From Phycisphaerae bacterium (GTDB lineage Bacteria; Planctomycetota; Phycisphaerae; UBA1845; Fen-1342), in NCBI GenBank assembly GCA_050115495.1, contig JASFQK010000030.1:21255-85254 (forward strand): 64,000 nucleotides of DNA, written 5' to 3'. The notes beneath the pieces were generated by a model, which saw only the letters and a program-made list of their open reading frames with translations, was not told the DNA's origin and did no database searches. The position numbers and the translations under genes were made by a program. Of this stretch, positions 58,440-64,000 are shown one piece after another. Position 1 is the stretch's first letter; every line of letters starts with the position of its first letter.

Positions 58440-59894
58440 TCAACTCTCTCGCGCAACGCGTTTCGGCCAGAGATGCATCCCGAACGAGTCCAGCACCCGT
58501 GCGTACCGCGGTGACGGCTGCGGCTTCCCGCCGAAACGCGTCGCATCGTGCGGCACCTGGATGCGCCCCATGCGCTTCCAACCGCGGTTCATGCCGTACA
58601 CGAACAGCGCCGTGCTGATGGACCGCGTGCGGAAGAACGTGCGCACCGCCCGCTTGATGACCCACGGCCGCTCGACCGCCGCGTAGCGCAGTTCGTAAAT
58701 CGCCTCGTCCAGTTCGCGAGCCGTCATACGCTTCGGCTGATACACCGTCTCCACGAACGTGTACCGCTCCCAGTCGCGCGGATAGTCCGTCGCCAATAGC
58801 CGCCCCTCGTCACGCAACCGCTCGTACATCCGCGTGTCCGGCAGCGGCGTCAGATTCGTGATCTGAATGATGTCGATCCCGATCTGCACCGCCATCCACG
58901 CCGTATCGGCCGCCGTCTCCGGCGTATCCTCGTCCGAGCCGATGATGAACCCGCCGAACACGGCGATCCCCGCCCGGTGAAACCCCTTCACCAACTCCGG
59001 ATACCGCTCCAGATTCTTGCGGTTGATGCCCTTGTGGTAGTCCTTCAGCGACTGCTCGTTGAACGTCTCGAAGCCGACGAGCATTCCGCGGCAACCCGCC
59101 TTGTACGCCAGCTTCAACCCCTCCGGATCGTCGCCCATGTTCACCGTCGTCTGGCTGAACCACAGGCGGCGCTTCCCGTGCCGAATGATGGCCCGCAGCA
59201 GCTCCTTGGCCCACTCGGCGTGCTTCTCGCCCACGCCGAAGAAGTTGTCATCCACGACGAAGATGAAGTTCCGCGGCGTGCAATTCCACTCGTCGAGGAT
59301 GTCGCTGATCCGCCGCCGGCGAATCGTCGGTCCGTTGAACTTCGTCACCGAGCAGTATTCGCAGCCGCACGGACAGCCGCGCGACGTCTGAATCGCGGCG
59401 ACGTCGTACCGGCCGTTGACCGGCTGTCGCGCCTGGTCCGCCCTCCCGATATCCGGCCGCTCCAGGTCAGGATGCCCGCCCTTGTAGAACGGCTCCAGCC
59501 GGCCCGCCGCCGCATCGCGCACAATCTCTGGCCAAATATCGTCGCACTCCCCCACTGCCACCGAGTCGAAATGCTGCGCCACCTCGTCCGGGCATGCCGA
59601 CGCGTGCGGCCCGCCGATAATCGTCGGAATACCCTTCCGGCGGCACGCCGCGGCGATCTCGTACGCCCGCGTCGCCCCGCTCGTGTACGCCGTCAGGCCA
59701 ACCAGGTCATACCGGTCGCGTGTAAGCTGCGTATCGGTCGCCTCCGGCCCGAACACCTCGTCGAAGATGTCCACTTCGTGCCCGTCCGGCACCAACTGGG
59801 CGAGCACTTGCAGGCCGAGCTGCGGGATATATGTGCCGATCGTGTGGTAGCCCTGCGTCCGCCGCGTGATGGGGTTCACCAAGGCAATGCGCAC
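58440..59894 (-). CDS. Cobalamin-binding radical SAM protein
   Basis: LGLQVLA, IIGGPHAS, SRGCPCGCEYC (CxxxCxxC), VDDNF, GFET, LTPLP; AAAGGA + GTG start. Confidence 0.9.
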   Translation of the reverse strand: MRIALVNPITRRTQGYHTIGTYIPQLGLQVLAQLVPDGHEVDIFDEVFGPEATDTQLTRDRYDLVGLTAYTSGATRAYEIAAACRRKGIPTIIGGPHASACPDEVAQHFDSVAVGECDDIWPEIVRDAAAGRLEPFYKGGHPDLERPDIGRADQARQPVNGRYDVAAIQTSRGCPCGCEYCSVTKFNGPTIRRRRISDILDEWNCTPRNFIFVVDDNFFGVGEKHAEWAKELLRAIIRHGKRRLWFSQTTVNMGDDPEGLKLAYKAGCRGMLVGFETFNEQSLKDYHKGINRKNLERYPELVKGFHRAGIAVFGGFIIGSDEDTPETAADTAWMAVQIGIDIIQITNLTPLPDTRMYERLRDEGRLLATDYPRDWERYTFVETVYQPKRMTARELDEAIYELRYAAVERPWVIKRAVRTFFRTRSISTALFVYGMNRGWKRMGRIQVPHDATRFGGKPQPSPRYARVLDSFGMHLWPKRVARES

Positions 59895-60360
59895 AAAACG
59901 TCCTTTCTTCGCCCAGGGCAGCCTGCCTCGGCCCCGGCAAGCCTCTCGGCGCCATGCACCACGCCCGTTCAGCCCCAGCAACGACGAAGCACTCGCCGTC
60001 TCCGCCGGCGATGACCGGGTTCGGATGCTCGATCCCTGTTAGCCCGGGCACCCGGCGGGGGGCACCCGGGGCCCGAACACGCGCAGATTCTACCCGTATC
60101 CGCCCCGCCCCGCACAAAGATCGGCGAACCTTTCCCATCTCCGCCGACCCCGCCCGTCCGGAAGCCCCCCGCCGCGCTTCCGCTGTCCCGGCCGTCGGCT
60201 ATACTCCACCCTGGCGACCCGGGTGCCGCCGGCCGGCCCGATGCTGCCGAACGGGGCAAAGCCGCATACAATGCAGTATCGTGCGCGGGCGCCCGAACCC
60301 GCCGGCTCCCCGGCCTCACCGGCCGGACCGGCGTGATTGGCGGATCGCGAGGAGGAGCGC

Positions 60361-61035
60361 ATGACGACCGTACGGATCAAGGACCGCGTGCTCGACAGCG
60401 AGGCCATGCGCCTGACGCCGCGCATGAACGAACCCGCCCCCCTCTTCGAAGCCAACACGACGCACGGCCGCAAGTGCCTCACCGACTATCGCGGCCACTG
60501 GCTGCTGCTCTTCTCGCATCCGGCGGATTTCACCCCCATCTGTACCAGCGAGTTCCTCGCCTTCACCGCCGCCTTCGACGAGTTCAAAGCCCTCGACTGC
60601 GCCCTGCTCGGACTCTCCGTCGACAGCAACTTCTCGCACCTAGCCTGGATAACCGCCATCAAGGAGAAGTTCGGCGTCGACATTCCCTTCGCCATCATCG
60701 ACGACGCGTCGATGTGGGTGGCCTCGATGTACGGCATGATCCAGCCCTGCGCCGCCGAGACCGCCGCCGTGCGAGCCTCGTTCATCATCGACCCGGAGGG
60801 CATGCTCCGCATGATGATGTACTACCCCATCGGCGTGGGCCGCTCGGTGCGCGAGTTGCTGCGCATCGTGGCCGCCATGCAGGTCGTGGAGAAGCACGGC
60901 GTCGTCACGCCCGAGGGCTGGCAACCGGGCGACAAGGTCATCGTCCCGCCGCCGGCCACCGCCGAAGAGCTGAAGCAGCGGCCGCACGCCGGCTACGAAT
61001 ACACCGACTGGTATTTCTGCAAGCGCGAGCTGTAG
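60361..61035 (+). CDS. Peroxiredoxin (Prx6/AhpC-like)
   Basis: FSHPADFTPICTSE, LSVDS..SHLAW, YYP..VGR, TPEGWQPGD. Confidence 0.93.
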   Translation: MTTVRIKDRVLDSEAMRLTPRMNEPAPLFEANTTHGRKCLTDYRGHWLLLFSHPADFTPICTSEFLAFTAAFDEFKALDCALLGLSVDSNFSHLAWITAIKEKFGVDIPFAIIDDASMWVASMYGMIQPCAAETAAVRASFIIDPEGMLRMMMYYPIGVGRSVRELLRIVAAMQVVEKHGVVTPEGWQPGDKVIVPPPATAEELKQRPHAGYEYTDWYFCKREL

Positions 61036-61107
61036 TACCCGGGATCGAGGCGGCCAAGCCGACGTACCGCCGCCACCTGCGTCCCGTGGGCCGACGGGAG
61101 CAAGACA

Positions 61108-62415
<1,308 letters not shown>

Positions 62416-62452
62416 CGGCGGCGCCTGACGGCCACAAGCAGGTTATGCGCGT

Positions 62453-62502
62453 CAAGAGTCTCAAGGGGCTCATGCTGGCGCGCGCCGTAAATGAGACTCT
62501 TG
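62453..62502. terminator. Inverted repeat downstream of icd
   Basis: CAAGAGTCTCA...TGAGACTCTTG (11-bp arms). Confidence 0.5.
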
Positions 62503-62897
62503 GCGGTGCGCAGGCGGCCGTGTGGGGTTGTGGGGCGAGTTGAGCTGGTCGGGCGCGTGTTGGTCATTGTGGGGAAGCCTTCAGCCATCAGCCGTCAGCC
62601 TTCAGCTACGAGCCGTGAGCCGTAGCGGCCGGTCTCCGTGCCGGCCGTTTGTAGCGTCCGGGCTCCGTACCGGACGTCTTTGGAGTGTGGCATGCTGAAG
62701 CCTTAGGCGCCGGCATGTCTTCTCCTCGTGGCGTGAAAAACATGCCGGCGCTGCGCTTCGGCATGCCACACACTCCGTCGTCTGTGTTAAGTGTAGATCA
62801 CGGATGTGCGTGGTGACGGAGCGGCGGGAGAGATTGGCGGAATCTGTCGTGTTCTGGCGGATTCTGTCGCGGATTGCGCGGGCCACGTTTGCCCGGC

Positions 62898-63578
62898 CTA
62901 CTCCTTCTTCCCCCACCATCGCCGCCAGAAGGCGGGTTTCGGCGGCGGCGCCAGAACCGGGGGTTCGTCCCGCTTCCACGCCGCATAGCGCGACACCACG
63001 TACTCGCCGGCGGCGAAAACCACGCTCCGAACCAGCCGGGCCCAGGCTTCGTCCGTTACGCCGGCGTGGCTGCCCTTCGCGCTCGCCACACTGTACGCAC
63101 ACAGCAGAACGGCGTTCTCGTCCCCATCGGTGAACCCGCTCGCCAGCAGGAACTCCCGATCCGTGCTGAACGCCACGAACACCGGCGATCCGTTACGAAC
63201 ACGAACCCGCGACTTGCCCGGCGTTCGGCGTTCCACCGCCTGGGCGACGCCGGCAACGAGCCCCTCCAGGAACGACCGCGCCTCGTTGATCGCGGCGTGC
63301 CAGAACCCATGCGCCGCCGTCGCATCCGACTGCTCGAGGTGATAGGTCAGCGTGTGCAAGTCGAGCTCGCCATGCGGGCGCAGTTCATGCGCCAGCGCCG
63401 CCAGCAAGACGTCCGGCGGCGCGGCCGCGTCTCCCACCGCAGGCCGCGCCACGCTACGGGCCCCGTCCCCCGCCCCCGGCGTAGGGCGAACCGTGTCCGC
63501 CACAGCACAGGTCGTGCCCGCCACGGAATGGGCCAGTCCCGCCGATTCCGCCGTCGCGGCAACGATGCTCGCGGTCAT
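62898..63578 (-). CDS. Hypothetical protein
   Basis: 226-aa ORF; helical C-terminal part (AINEARSFLEGL..YSVASAKGSHAG) weakly reminiscent of HEPN/Abi_C-like domains. Confidence 0.6.
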   Translation of the reverse strand: MTASIVAATAESAGLAHSVAGTTCAVADTVRPTPGAGDGARSVARPAVGDAAAPPDVLLAALAHELRPHGELDLHTLTYHLEQSDATAAHGFWHAAINEARSFLEGLVAGVAQAVERRTPGKSRVRVRNGSPVFVAFSTDREFLLASGFTDGDENAVLLCAYSVASAKGSHAGVTDEAWARLVRSVVFAAGEYVVSRYAAWKRDEPPVLAPPPKPAFWRRWWGKKE

Positions 63579-63874
63579 GTCGCCCGACTCTGACGGCCCG
63601 GGCGTTTAGCTTCGCCGTTTCCGACTGCCTGGCGCGCCGCCGCTCGGCTCCGCTGTTGACGAAGGCGTTTCAACCGTTTCATCACCGGCGCGTCGAGCAG
63701 TCGGTACAGGCACTCGGCGAGAACACCAAACAACGTCTCCCGGCTGGCCCGGCGCAGCACGCGTTCCAGCCGCGGCGGCGGTTCGAGGTATTGCGGCGGC
63801 TCTCCGTCGATCGCGTTCGTGACGGCGCCCAGTATGCTGATGAATTGCCGATCGGCCTCGGACAGCGCTTGCCA
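63575..63874 (-). pseudogene. 3' part of a gene interrupted by the IS256 element
   Basis: Open frame WQALSEADRQF...RQSRAT* begins right at the IS end and overlaps the next start (ATGA). Confidence 0.6.
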
Positions 63875-64000
63875 GAGCTATTGTCAAAAGTCGTTGATGG
63901 CGTCGTGATCAGGCGGCGGCTTTCTCGGGTTTTTCTCCGTCGATGAAGCGGACGCTGGCGATCACGTCCGGCAGAAGCTTCGCGCCATTCAGCGTCCGCC
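63875..64000 (-). mobile_element. End of an IS256-family element (transposase C-terminus 63909-64000 plus terminal inverted repeat)
   Basis: RTLNGAKLLPDVIASVRFIDGEKPEKAAA* followed by ...TTTTGACAATAGCTC, resembling IS256-family ends. Confidence 0.75.

Noticed and set aside
58440..59894. RiPP cluster around the B12 radical SAM gene
   Set aside because: No precursor peptide, transporter or other maturase is nearby; the neighbours are MscS and peroxiredoxin genes.

Overview
High-GC bacterial chromosomal DNA, most likely from a planctomycete of the Phycisphaerae type. The inference rests on six PEP-CTERM proteins, dockerin-tailed secreted proteins, an ECF sigma/Ser-Thr kinase pair, DUF1080, a prepilin-type protein and planctomycete-style palindromic repeats. 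Housekeeping genes include amt, ubiE/menG, rho, manA, icd, a peroxiredoxin, an MscS channel and a 6S RNA. The most notable region is a ~4.4 kb sigma-54-controlled redox cassette (about 2190-6600, minus strand). It encodes a PAS/Fis activator, an NADH oxidase/CoA-disulfide-reductase-like flavoprotein, a thioredoxin and a 57-aa SEC-C protein missing from the ORF track. The thioredoxin (in a hidden N-terminal extension) and the SEC-C protein each carry an in-frame TGA in the same G-P-[IV]-TGA-G context, followed by a SECIS-like hairpin, so both may be unannotated selenoproteins. A duplicated 3' end of the neighbouring gene flanks the cassette, as expected for an insertion. That neighbouring gene is one of two paralogous ~410-aa uncharacterised HTH-like proteins, each divergent from PEP-CTERM genes. 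Other observations: a nuclease-NB-ARC-TPR (bacterial NLR-like) gene, a decayed TIR-like gene beside a SLATT/DUF4231 gene, a palindromic element inserted in frame in a TMTC-like gene, a probable ACG start codon, and an IS256 end interrupting a gene at the right edge. All family assignments come from motif recognition by eye; no searches were run.
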